NCBI GenBank assembly: GCA_031178475.1
Contig: JAPSIX010000001.1
Location: 1-51,151, forward strand
From: Microbacterium sp.
GTDB taxonomy: Bacteria > Actinomycetota > Actinomycetes > Actinomycetales > Microbacteriaceae
Direction of reading: 5' to 3'
Length of the DNA: 51,151 nucleotides
Below the pieces are notes generated by a model. That model was not told where the DNA came from. It ran no database searches and was given only the letters and a program-made list of their open reading frames with translations. Below, one piece after another: positions 28,786-38,016 of the stretch. The translations under genes were made by a program, and so were the position numbers. Each line of letters opens with the position of its first letter. The stretch's first letter is position 1.

Positions 28786-28929
28786 ATGGAGAGCGCAGCC
28801 CCGATCCTCATCATGTCCGCCGCAGCGCTGGTCCTGCTCATCATGCTCGGCCTTAACTCGAAGAAGATCAACGCTGCGCACCGACGCAAGCGCGAGCAGC
28901 GCAAGCGAGCGTCTCAGCTGGAGGAATGA
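28786..28929 (+). CDS. Putative 47-aa single-pass membrane protein
   Basis: MESAAPILIMSAAALVLLIMLGLNSKKINAAHRRKREQRKRASQLEE; TAGCGT -10 six nt upstream; stop overlaps the next ATG. Confidence 0.55.
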   Translation: MESAAPILIMSAAALVLLIMLGLNSKKINAAHRRKREQRKRASQLEE

Positions 28930-29500
28930 CGCTGCCGACCACCCAGCGCCTTCCGTGCCGAGCCGAAGTCGAAGGGGTCCTGGGCCTTCGTCGTCATGTT
29001 CGCGATCTGTCTCGTCGCGCTCGTCTGGTCGGATCCTGTGGAAGTTCGCGACGCCATGGGTCGGGGCGGGCGCGCTGCGGTACCTCAAGCTCGTGCCGTT
29101 CGTCGCGGCGGGCGGCGCTGACGCGAACCCGCCGCTCGAGGTCATGACCAACGTCGTCTTCTTCCTACCGTTCGGCATCCATCTCGCCCTGCTCGCTCCA
29201 CGCCTCCCCTGGTGGGCGGCGGGCCTCATCGCCGCGGGATGAGCCTGGTGCTTGAGGCTGTGCAGGACGTCATCGCCGTCGGCAGCAGCGACGTGACCGA
29301 CCTCCTCGCAAATACTGCCGGAGGCGTTCGGGTTCGCCCTGATGGCGTAGGTGCGCCGGCGACTGCGTGAGCGGACCGGCACCGTCCTGCTGTGGATCTG
29401 CGGGGTTCTGACTGTGTTGCTCGTGCTACTGACCACCGCGTTCCTCGCCTCGCCGATCCGTTACGCGCCGCCGCAGGAGCTCGCGCTGGCCGCGGCCTGA
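28926..29500 (+). pseudogene. VanZ-family membrane protein, multiply frameshifted
   Basis: LKLVPF..NVVFFLPFGI in one frame and EAVQDVIAVGSSDVTDLLANTAG in another. Confidence 0.75.
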
Positions 29501-29717
29501 CGAACTCACCCGTCGCTCGCGTGCGGTCCGGGTGCGCCGTTTGTCGGTCTGACTCCCGATGCGGGCGCGGACCCTGCCCGCATGCGAGTGCTTCGAGCGA
29601 CGGTCCGACCGTCTGTCCGCACCTGGTGCCGCAGAGGCCGATCGGCACAGAACGCAGTGAAATAGCGGGTCTCGCGGTAGCCGGTCTTCCGACGCTGGAC
29701 GGAGGCGGACGGTCTGA

Positions 29718-30089
29718 TCACGGTGGTGGTCGATGCGAGCCGTACTGCCCGACGACCCATCGGCAGATCGCTTCGACGACGTAGTCCTTCTCGGCACCGT
29801 CGAGGGCGTGTCCGGCCTGGATGTCATGCCAACTTTCCAGGCATGCCCGGCAGCAGGTTGCGGTGGCGTGCTGCGCGACGAACACCGGATGGCCGCGGTA
29901 CGGCGTCTGCCTGCCGTCGTTGCGAGGCTCGGCCGGAGCGAGCCGCTTCTCGATCAGCTCGTGCGCGTGCTTGCGCACCGTAGCGAGTCCTTTGAGATCC
30001 ACGATCGCACGGTCCCGGCCACGGAGCCGGAACTTGGCGCGGAACGGGTGCCCGCCGATGCGGCTCAGTCGGGTGTCCAGGTCGTCCAT
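29718..30089 (-). CDS. DUF4186 family protein
   Basis: FRAKFRL, NDGRQTPYRGHPVFVAQHATATCCRACL. Confidence 0.85.
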   Translation of the reverse strand: MDDLDTRLSRIGGHPFRAKFRLRGRDRAIVDLKGLATVRKHAHELIEKRLAPAEPRNDGRQTPYRGHPVFVAQHATATCCRACLESWHDIQAGHALDGAEKDYVVEAICRWVVGQYGSHRPPP

Positions 30090-30574
30090 CAACTCGGCCG
30101 CAGGTGCTCGACGGTGACGCCGAACTGTTCGTCGAGCCGTCGTGCGATGAGCGATCGATGGCATGCCTCGGGGTCGCGCTCGACGCACAGCATCCCCGCC
30201 GGATTGCTCGTCGGTACCTGTGAAACCAGAGCCTCCCGATCGGCATGGTCCAGGATCTCGGAGTGGTAGCGGCGCACGTCGCGGTCGGTGCGTGCTCGCC
30301 GGTTCCTCTTGCCAACGCCCTGTCGGGCTTCTTCGGCGGACTGGGATCGGCGAAGCTCGGTCGTCGGTGCGAGTTCGCGACAGTGCCGGTACTCGATCCC
30401 GACCGCAGCGAGCGCGGGCTGGAGCCGGTGGGAGCTCGCCCACGCGCACTCAGGTCCCCGGACGCCCCGGCGCTGGCGGGTGTCGAGCAACTGGACGAAG
30501 CCCGCGGCCCTCAGCTGCTCCACGAAGGTCGAGAGAGTGAAGGTGCCAACACCGATGGTTACGATTCTGGGCAT
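30089..30574 (-). CDS. DUF488 family protein (possibly degenerate)
   Basis: TIG, LLDTRQRRG, IEYRHCRELAP, LCVERDPEACHRSLIA; GGAGG RBS. Confidence 0.78.
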   Translation of the reverse strand: MPRIVTIGVGTFTLSTFVEQLRAAGFVQLLDTRQRRGVRGPECAWASSHRLQPALAAVGIEYRHCRELAPTTELRRSQSAEEARQGVGKRNRRARTDRDVRRYHSEILDHADREALVSQVPTSNPAGMLCVERDPEACHRSLIARRLDEQFGVTVEHLRPS

Positions 30575-30647
30575 CGGTTGTTCCTCCGGTGGCCCGCTGC
30601 TCGCATCGACCCGAGCGACGTGAGCAGCGAGCACCGTCATGATCTCG

Positions 30648-31043
30648 CTAGGCGACGGCAGTTCCGTCGAGCTCGACCAGCTGGCCGGGGATCGCCAGAC
30701 GGGTGACCCCGAGCATCGTGGTAGTCGGGGCGACCCCGGCCGCCCCGAGCTTCCCGGCGAGGACGCCGTAGTGCGGGAACAGCGCGTCTACGTCTGTGGT
30801 ATAGACGTTGAGGCGAACCAGGTTCGCCAACGACATGCCCGCCTCAGCGAGCACGGCTTCGAGGTTGTCCACCGCCAGCGCGAGCTGGGCCGCCATGTCC
30901 CCGTCATGCTCGGGCCGGCCGTCCTTGCTCATCGCCGTCTGCCCGGAGATGTACAGGGTCCGGGCCTCACCCGAGACGACCTCGCCCTGATTGAAGCCCA
31001 TCTCCAGCGACCACGTCACCGGATTCACTACCGTGCGTTCCAT
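30648..31043 (-). CDS. RidA/YjgF family protein
   Basis: LYISGQ, NLEAVL..AG, GVTRLAIPGQLVELDGTA. Confidence 0.9.
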   Translation of the reverse strand: MERTVVNPVTWSLEMGFNQGEVVSGEARTLYISGQTAMSKDGRPEHDGDMAAQLALAVDNLEAVLAEAGMSLANLVRLNVYTTDVDALFPHYGVLAGKLGAAGVAPTTTMLGVTRLAIPGQLVELDGTAVA

Positions 31044-31128
31044 TGCTGCTCCGATCGTTCATTCCGCATACGCCCGACGGCCCGGTGGCCGCCGTCCTCG
31101 ACGCTGCACAACCAGCCTCGCAACGAAT

Positions 31129-31147
31129 CACGACACCTTGTGTCGTG
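31129..31147. promoter_or_regulatory. Putative operator of the WYL regulator
   Basis: Perfect CACGACAC-CTT-GTGTCGTG between divergent genes. Confidence 0.7.
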
Positions 31148-31168
31148 CTTTCTGGTAAAGATGGATCT

Positions 31169-32140
31169 ATGCGAGCAGACCGACTGGTCTCGCTGGTGCT
31201 GCTGCTGCGTCAGCGAGGCCGCATGACCGCCGACCAGCTGGCCAGCGAGCTCGAAGTGTCCACGCGCACCGTGCTGCGCGACATCGACGCGCTCTCGACC
31301 GCGGGTATCCCCGTCTACGCAGACCGGGGCCGCCACGGCGGCTACTCCCTGCTGCCTGGGTTCCGCACGGAGCTGACCGGCCTGAATCACGACGAAGCAC
31401 TCGCGCTGCTCACCGCGGGATCGGATCGTGGGGAGCAGGTCTTCGGCCTCAGCGCACCGCTCGCCTCTGCCATGCGCAAGGTCGTCGACGCGCTGCCGGA
31501 CGGGCACCGTGCCAGCCTGGACGATGCCGCCAAACGATTCCTGGTCGAGCCGGAGACCGACCTGCTGTCGCGACGCACGGTCGCCGAAGACCTGACCGAC
31601 GGCGTGATGAGCCAGGTCCGCCGCGCGGTCCTAAGCGGGCATCGGCTCCGGTTCGACTACGCGGCACCCGGTAAGGCCCCGAGTCGTCGAACCGTCGATC
31701 CGATCGGCCTGGTCACCGTCCGCGGGCGCACCTACCTGCTCGCGACCAAATCAGGAGACGACCGCACCTACCGACTGTCACGGATGCTCAGCGCCGAAGC
31801 GCTCCCTGAACCGGCGCAGCGTCCTACGCAGGTCGACCTCGACCGCATCTGGGCAGAGCGTAGCGCCCAGTTCCTCTCCGAGGACCACATTCCCGTCCTC
31901 GTCCGAGTCAAGCCGTCACGCCGAGAAGAACTCCTGAATACCGCACGGGCCGTCCGTGCCGAGGAACCGGAATCGCATGGCTGGGTCCGCCTCGACGCGA
32001 CCTTCGAGGACCTGCGTCACGCGGTCTGGGCGATGTGGCAACTCGACACGGACGCCGAGGTCCTGGCACCTGACTCACTGCGCGCTGCCCTCCATGACCG
32101 CGCCTCACGGCTCGTCGAACGATATCGCTCCGAGACGTGA
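31169..32140 (+). CDS. HTH-WYL-WCX (YafY-like) transcriptional regulator
   Basis: MRADRL, VSTRTVLRDIDAL, RRTVDPIGLV..YLLA, RTYRLSRM. Confidence 0.92.
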   Translation: MRADRLVSLVLLLRQRGRMTADQLASELEVSTRTVLRDIDALSTAGIPVYADRGRHGGYSLLPGFRTELTGLNHDEALALLTAGSDRGEQVFGLSAPLASAMRKVVDALPDGHRASLDDAAKRFLVEPETDLLSRRTVAEDLTDGVMSQVRRAVLSGHRLRFDYAAPGKAPSRRTVDPIGLVTVRGRTYLLATKSGDDRTYRLSRMLSAEALPEPAQRPTQVDLDRIWAERSAQFLSEDHIPVLVRVKPSRREELLNTARAVRAEEPESHGWVRLDATFEDLRHAVWAMWQLDTDAEVLAPDSLRAALHDRASRLVERYRSET

Positions 32141-32294
32141 GCATGGCTGCTCTCTCGCCGCCGTGCCGGTGCGGCGGCGTGGTGGAGCTCAGAACGGGAC
32201 GACTTCTCCTCGACAGCCGAGGTAGCTGAACGCGATAGCGCATGGCCTGGAACAGAATCGTCCATGATCCCCCGCGACCTCAGGCCGGCTGCTT

Positions 32295-32878
32295 GTGCGC
32301 GAACGCGACGTCGACGGCGGCCGCGACGTCTTGACGTCTGCCGGCGGCGCTGCCGCGCTTGACCTAGCCCTGCACGTCGTGCGGGTCGATCACGGCGCGG
32401 TGGTCGCGGAGCGGTCAGCCGGAGGCTGGTGTTCTCCGGGTTCCGTGCCGGCGGACAGAAGCAGTTCGTCGATCGCCCTGTGCCGTCGACCGACGCAGGC
32501 GAGCTCGGGCTGCTCCTCGACTGGGCGCGCGAACGACTCGAGGCCCGGCTCACCGTCGCGCAGATGGCCAGGCAGATGCACGTCAGTCCCGCCACTCTGC
32601 ATCGACGCTTTCAGCGAGAGATCGGATTGACGCCGTCGGACTGGCTCACTCAGGAACGAGTCCGGTTCGTGCGAAGGCTGCTCGAGGAGACCACCGCGAG
32701 CATCGAGGATGCAGCACACCTGAACGGCCTCGGGTCCGCCGCGATTCTCAGGGCAGTCTTCAAACGCGCCACCGGACTCTCACCTCACGCCTACCGTCTG
32801 CAGTTCACGACGCAGACGCCAGTCCCCGTCGAGCAGAGTGCTCCCACCGCATTACTCGACCATGTTGACAGGCGGTGA
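32295..32878 (+). pseudogene. 5'-truncated, frameshifted GlxA-family regulator
   Basis: VLTSAGGAAALDLALHVVR then, in another frame, RAGGQKQF plus AraC HTH. Confidence 0.8.
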
Positions 32879-32951
32879 TCATGAACACATGGCCGGAGGG
32901 CCAGTCGCCTTGGTGCGTCCGTCATCCCGGACCACACAGGGAACCCCTGGC

Positions 32952-33515
32952 TCACATCGGCCGGGAGGCGTAGAAGGTTGTCGGATCGATGTCGGTGAGC
33001 GCGAGGAGTCCAGTGTGCTTCGGGTCCTGTCTGCGCGCTGACATCTCCTGGGGTGTGCGGAGGTGGATGGCGAGGACGGGTTGCTCGTCGATTCGCTGAA
33101 CGAGGGCGTAGCAGGTGGCAAGTACGTGACGTCGGCTCACCCTCCCGACGTCGCTGGTGGCGGTGATGTCGTCGATGCGCGGGGCAAGTCGCACTCCGGC
33201 TGAGGCGAGTTCGGGAACGAGCTCGTCGGGCAGGTCCCCACTGCGGGAGGTTCCGAGGTCGCCGACCATGCGGGCGACCGTGGACTGTTCTCTAGGGCTC
33301 CAGGCAGGGACGTCGAGGGTGATGCCGTGTTCGCGGGCTCGGTCGGTGATCCGAGCCGTGATCCGACCGCTCTCGACGACCAGGTCGGTGACGCCTCGCC
33401 TGGCAAGCGCCCGTGCCCGAGGCAGGCCGCTGTCCGGGGCACCGGTGATCGTGATTGGCTCGATTCGCCTGAGCCAGGCGTGGCCCCAAGCCGTGGCTCC
33501 GAACTCCTGGGTCAT
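32952..33515 (-). CDS. SWIM-associated SNF2 partner protein lacking the zinc-binding cysteines
   Basis: FGATAWGHAW..LPRARALAR..GRITARI N-terminus and RHVLATCY..RIDEQP C-terminus; ATGA overlap with the helicase. Confidence 0.72.
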   Translation of the reverse strand: MTQEFGATAWGHAWLRRIEPITITGAPDSGLPRARALARRGVTDLVVESGRITARITDRAREHGITLDVPAWSPREQSTVARMVGDLGTSRSGDLPDELVPELASAGVRLAPRIDDITATSDVGRVSRRHVLATCYALVQRIDEQPVLAIHLRTPQEMSARRQDPKHTGLLALTDIDPTTFYASRPM

Positions 33516-35281
33516 CCGATCGCCTCCGGGCTCAGGCGCAGGACCTCGTACAGCTCGTCGTCTCCGAGCTCGAGCAGGTCTGCGTCGCTCCCGGTGAACG
33601 CGGCCTCGGCGAGGCCGCGCTTGCGTGTCTGCATCGCGGCGATGTGGTCCTCGACGGTTCCGGCCGCGCGGAGGGTGTAGATCGAGACCGGCCGGTCCTG
33701 CCCGATGCGGTGGGCGCGATCAGACGCCTGTTCCTCGACGGCCGGGTTCCACCACCGGTCGTAGTGGATCACCGTGGTGGCGCGGGTGAGGTTGAGCCCG
33801 TAGCCAGCAGCGCGGAGCGAGAGCACGAGGACTCCTGGGCCGCTCCCGTCCTGGAATCCCTGGACGATCCGGTCCCGGGCATCGGGGCGCAGCCCGCCGT
33901 GCAGGAAGGGCACGGCCAGCCCGTTGCGCTCGGCGAGGTGCTCGGTGACCAGGTGCCCCAAGACGGTGTACTGGGTGAAGACCAGGCATCCGGTGTCGGC
34001 GGCGATGATCTCGTCGAGCATGTCGGCCAGGCGGTCGAACTTGCCCGAGCGCTCCGGGAGTGGCCCGTTCTGCCGGAGGGCCTGGGCCGGATGGTTGCAG
34101 ATCTGCTTGAGCCGTGTCAGCAGCGCGAGCACAGCGGTCCGTCGCCTCGGCCCGGAGCCCAGGCCGGTGCCGAACGCCTCGGCGAGGGCGGCCTCGTAGA
34201 GCCGGCGCTGCTCGGCGGTGACCGGGCAGGGCACGTCGATGATCTGACGAGCGGGGAGCTCCGGCGCGACCTCGGACTTGGTGCGCCGCAGGACCAGGTC
34301 GCGGGTGCGGTCGGCGAGCCGGGCGGCGGCCGTCGTCGAGCCGCGGCGCTGGATCGGCACGATGTAGCGGTCGCGGAAGCGGCGTCTCGTCCCGAGGAAG
34401 CCGGGCATCGCCAGGTCGCCCAGTGCCCAGAGGTCGCCGAGGTCGTTCTCCACCGGCGTCCCCGTGATCGCCAGCTTGCGCTCCGCCGGGATGGCGGCAG
34501 CTGCACGATAGGCGAGCGTGCGCGGGTTCTTGATCTGCTGGGCTTCGTCGAAGGCCGCGATGCCCCAGGAGCGCCGGCTGAACTGTTCGGGGTCCCGGCG
34601 CAGTCGTGCATATGTGGTGATCGTGACCGTCCCCGGCCCCGGCTCGTCCCGGTGTCCGAGCGAGCGGAGCTCGGGCGCGTGCCGGACGATCTCGCGCTCC
34701 CAGTTCGCGCTCAGCGATGTCGGGCACACCACCAGGTGGGCGGCCTCGGGGCGAAGGAGCATCAGGGCGATGGCCTGGAGGGTCTTGCCCAGGCCCATGT
34801 CGTCGGCCAGGACCGCGCCGTCGCGCTGCGCGAGCCAGTGGACGCCCGCGAGCTGGTAGCCGCGCAGCGTCGAGGCAAGCCGGGCCGCCGTCAGCCGCTC
34901 TGCCAGTGCCAGGGCACTTCGCACCCTGCTCGTTGTCGCTGCCGCCGAGTAGACATGCCGGCCGTCGCCGGTGATCGCGCAGTGCGCCGCGACCGGGAGC
35001 GACGGTTCGACGTCCGGCCCCGCGGCATGCTGCGTCCAGGCGCGCAGCGAGTCGCTGTCCGAAGGGACCGCGTCGCGTCGTGCCAGCCACTCCCAGCCCT
35101 CGTGCAGGCCGAGCTCCAGGCCGGGGAGATCGGATGCGACGACCTGACCGTTCTCGGGGACGGCGAGGCGCATCGTCGCCGCGGACCCGGCAGGAGACCG
35201 GAGGGTCGAGGCGCGAGCGGCCGGCCAGAGGAACCAGCTCGCGCGATCGGGCAGATAGGTCAGCTGCGCCGCCTCGGTCAC
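33512..35281 (-). CDS. SNF2-family (DEAQ) helicase/translocase, about 589 aa
   Basis: LADDMGLGKT, DEAQQIKN, TGTPVEN, LVFTQY, AAGYGLNL, QASDRAHRIGQ; GTG start overlaps the MarR stop (GTGA). Confidence 0.93.
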   Translation of the reverse strand: MTEAAQLTYLPDRASWFLWPAARASTLRSPAGSAATMRLAVPENGQVVASDLPGLELGLHEGWEWLARRDAVPSDSDSLRAWTQHAAGPDVEPSLPVAAHCAITGDGRHVYSAAATTSRVRSALALAERLTAARLASTLRGYQLAGVHWLAQRDGAVLADDMGLGKTLQAIALMLLRPEAAHLVVCPTSLSANWEREIVRHAPELRSLGHRDEPGPGTVTITTYARLRRDPEQFSRRSWGIAAFDEAQQIKNPRTLAYRAAAAIPAERKLAITGTPVENDLGDLWALGDLAMPGFLGTRRRFRDRYIVPIQRRGSTTAAARLADRTRDLVLRRTKSEVAPELPARQIIDVPCPVTAEQRRLYEAALAEAFGTGLGSGPRRRTAVLALLTRLKQICNHPAQALRQNGPLPERSGKFDRLADMLDEIIAADTGCLVFTQYTVLGHLVTEHLAERNGLAVPFLHGGLRPDARDRIVQGFQDGSGPGVLVLSLRAAGYGLNLTRATTVIHYDRWWNPAVEEQASDRAHRIGQDRPVSIYTLRAAGTVEDHIAAMQTRKRGLAEAAFTGSDADLLELGDDELYEVLRLSPEAIG

Positions 35282-35751
35282 GGAGCCTCGTCCAGCAGTG
35301 CGCGCGTGTCGCGCAGGCTGTTCTCGATAAACCGCGCGATGACCTCCCGCTCCCCTTCGTCGAAGCGTGCGATCGTGGCGCGGGTCTGGGCGTCGAGACG
35401 CCCGTAGCGGTCCAGCATCTGCTCGCGCGCTTCGGGCACGGCCTCGATCAGCACGCGACGGCGGTCGTCCTCGTCGCGCACGCGCCGCGCCAGGCGCACC
35501 TCGGTCAGCCGGTCGATCATGTGCGTGATCGCCCCGGTGGTCAGCCGGAGCCTGCGCGCCAGCTCCCCGGCAGGCAGGGGCCCGTCCACGATCACCTCGT
35601 GCAAGCAGGCCAGGTCCGAGGCCCCGATCCCCGCTTCCCGCGCGATCGCCTCGTTGACGGCCTCGACCGCCGAGAGCCACGGCGGCAGCGTCCGCACGAT
35701 CCGGGTCACTGCATCCCCAAGGAGCGCAGGGTTCTCGTCTTCGTCAGCCAT
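35278..35751 (-). CDS. MarR-family regulator
   Basis: GELARRLRLTTGAITHMIDRL..DRRRVLI. Confidence 0.92.
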   Translation of the reverse strand: MADEDENPALLGDAVTRIVRTLPPWLSAVEAVNEAIAREAGIGASDLACLHEVIVDGPLPAGELARRLRLTTGAITHMIDRLTEVRLARRVRDEDDRRRVLIEAVPEAREQMLDRYGRLDAQTRATIARFDEGEREVIARFIENSLRDTRALLDEAP

Positions 35752-35757
35752 CCCCCC

Positions 35758-35800
35758 AGTATAGCTGAATGTGTCATTCTCTTAGTCATTCAACTATAAT
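35758..35800. promoter_or_regulatory. Back-to-back leaderless promoters with an inverted-repeat operator
   Basis: TATAGCTGAATG (35760-35771) and CATTCAACTATA (35787-35798) overlap -10 TATACT (minus strand) and -10 TATAAT (plus strand). Confidence 0.75.
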
Positions 35801-35807
35801 GGTGGCC

Positions 35808-37229
35808 ATGCGCTCTCGAACCATCGGACTGACAGCCGTCCTCCTGGCGGCGTTCGTCGACCTGCTCGGGGTGACGATCGTGACTGTCGCCCTGCCCGCG
35901 ATCACCACGGACCTCGCCGCGACGCCGGGCCAGAGCCAGGCGATCCTGTCGGGGTACACGCTGACCTTCGCCGTGGGCCTGATCACCGGCGCGCGCCTGG
36001 GCAAGCGGCTGGGCCTGCGCCGCGTGTTCGTCATCGGCATGGCCGGCTTCACGCTGGCCTCGCTCGCCTGCGGCCTCGCTGATGCGGCGTGGTTCCTCGT
36101 GGCGGCCCGCATCGTGCAGGGGGCGTTCGCCGCGGTGATGGTGCCGCAGGTGCTCTCGTTCATCCAGCTCATGTACGCGCCGGAGGAGCGCGCGAAGCCG
36201 ATGGCGGCGTTCTCCGCCCTGCTCGGGATCGCCGCGGCCGCGGGCCCCATCCTCGGCGGGGTGCTCATCGCCCTCGACGTCCTCGGCACGGGCTGGCGCG
36301 GCGTGTTCTTGGTCAACGTGCCCATCGGCATCGTCGTGGCCGCCCTGGCTGTTCGCACGCTGCCGCCTGCCCGCCCGGAGGGTCGGATCGGGCTCGACCT
36401 GCTCGGACTCGCTCTGTCCGCATCCTCCATGTTCCTGATCCTGCGGGGGCTCGCAGGGCTCCCCTCCGCCGGCGGAGCCGTGATCGACCTCGCGGCCATG
36501 CTCGTCGGCGCTGCGCTGTTCGTAGTCTTCCTGCTCCAGCAGCGGGGCCGTGATCGCCGAGGCGGCCAGCCGCTGGTGCCGCTGGCCTTGCAGCAGCGCG
36601 GCACCTTCCGCGCGGCCATGGGCGTCCAGATTCTGTTCTTCATCCCCGTCATGGGCTTTTCCCTGGTCATCACCCAGTACGTCCAGGAGCACCTGGGCTA
36701 CAGCGCACTGCTCGCCGGACTGGTCGTACTGCCCTGGGCGGTGCTCACCGGCGTCGGAGCGGGCGTCGGCACCACAGTCCTACTCCCCCTCATGGGCCGC
36801 GCCGTGGTCCATGTCGGCCTGATCGTCATGGGCCTGGGAATGGGAGGCGTCGTCGCAGCGGTGCTCCTCGCCGCCGATCAGCCCTCATTCTGGTCGCTCC
36901 TGCCGGGATCGGCGATCGGCGGCCTCGGCATGGGGCTCGTCGTCGGTCCGCTGACCGAGACCGCGCTATCGCGAGTCGACCTGGACCACGCGTCGGAGGC
37001 CTCTGGCTTGTTCAACAGCGTCGGGCAGCTCTCGGCCAGCTTCGGATTCGCCACAATCGGCAGCACCAATTTCGTCCTCGCCGCGGCAGCGGACGGTCCG
37101 TCCGACCCGGTCTACGACACCGCGACGAGCACTGCTCTAGCTATCGGCATCGTCGTGGCGGTCGTCGCGGCTCTGGTCGCGCTCTGCCTCCCCAGGCACC
37201 ACATCACCAAGGCGAACGAACCGCGCTGA
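35808..37229 (+). CDS. DHA2 (EmrB/QacA-like) MFS efflux pump
   Basis: DLLGVTIVTVALPAI, GARLGKRLGLRR, GPILGG, WRGVFLVNVPIG; about 14 TM segments. Confidence 0.9.
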   Translation: MRSRTIGLTAVLLAAFVDLLGVTIVTVALPAITTDLAATPGQSQAILSGYTLTFAVGLITGARLGKRLGLRRVFVIGMAGFTLASLACGLADAAWFLVAARIVQGAFAAVMVPQVLSFIQLMYAPEERAKPMAAFSALLGIAAAAGPILGGVLIALDVLGTGWRGVFLVNVPIGIVVAALAVRTLPPARPEGRIGLDLLGLALSASSMFLILRGLAGLPSAGGAVIDLAAMLVGAALFVVFLLQQRGRDRRGGQPLVPLALQQRGTFRAAMGVQILFFIPVMGFSLVITQYVQEHLGYSALLAGLVVLPWAVLTGVGAGVGTTVLLPLMGRAVVHVGLIVMGLGMGGVVAAVLLAADQPSFWSLLPGSAIGGLGMGLVVGPLTETALSRVDLDHASEASGLFNSVGQLSASFGFATIGSTNFVLAAAADGPSDPVYDTATSTALAIGIVVAVVAALVALCLPRHHITKANEPR

Positions 37230-37529
37230 TCTGATGGTGCTGGAGGGATCGGGTCAGTCGCCATACGGGCATCTAGGTGTCCCGTCTTGCGAAGCGCAGC
37301 GTCGCGGGAACGACGGTCGCGAGCGTCCAGGCGAGACCCGATTCGTCGACGCGCAAGCCGGCGGCTAGTCAGGCGCGGACATCGGCGCGGTGCAAGACCA
37401 TGTACGCACTTTAAGCTGACCCTGCGTTAATTGACTGCGACAACGGTGACCTCAAGTGCACCCGAGATGCATTCCTGGAAGCCGTATCCTCTGAGGATTT
37501 CGCAGGCAGGACCGAGGCGGGTTTCTTCA

Positions 37530-37949
37530 CTAGGGTCCCTGCGTCGCCGTCCCCCACGGGTTGTCGATGATGTAGCGCCAGGTGCCGTCCCCGCCGCGTC
37601 GCGCTACGTCCGTCGCCGTGCCCCGGATGTCGATCTCTTCGCCATCGGGCGTGGTGCCGGCGATCGTCCAGTCCACGATGAGCAGCGCGATGTCGTCGGC
37701 CACATAGACGTGGCGGGGCCGGACTTCGATGGGAAGTCCAAGGGACGCCATGTGGGCGTTGGCTGCGCGCCGGTCCGCGCCGGCCGTGGGGATGCCGGGG
37801 CGGCTGACGAAGACGCCCGCCTGTTCGTAGACCCGCTCGATGGCGTCGGGGGCGCCGGTGTTGAATGCCGCAGCGAAGACGTGTGGCTGCTGCTCGGGGC
37901 TTGTGGCCAGCGGGAAGTCACTGCCGGATGGGACAATTTCCTCTGTCAT
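37530..37949 (-). CDS. SnoaL-like/YybH (NTF2 fold) protein
   Basis: FAAAFNTG, GTATDVARRG.DGTWRYIIDNPWG. Confidence 0.85.
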   Translation of the reverse strand: MTEEIVPSGSDFPLATSPEQQPHVFAAAFNTGAPDAIERVYEQAGVFVSRPGIPTAGADRRAANAHMASLGLPIEVRPRHVYVADDIALLIVDWTIAGTTPDGEEIDIRGTATDVARRGGDGTWRYIIDNPWGTATQGP

Positions 37950-38016
37950 GCCATCCAGCGAATCAGGAGGTCTCGTGGCTCACCAAGCGGTAAGTACGCG
38001 GTGGGATGAGGAGCTT

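Noticed and set aside
35282-35680. N-terminal extension of the SNF2 ORF, or a MarR-SNF2 fusion
   Set aside because: It is an alternative frame of MarR; MarR has its own stop overlapping the SNF2 GTG.
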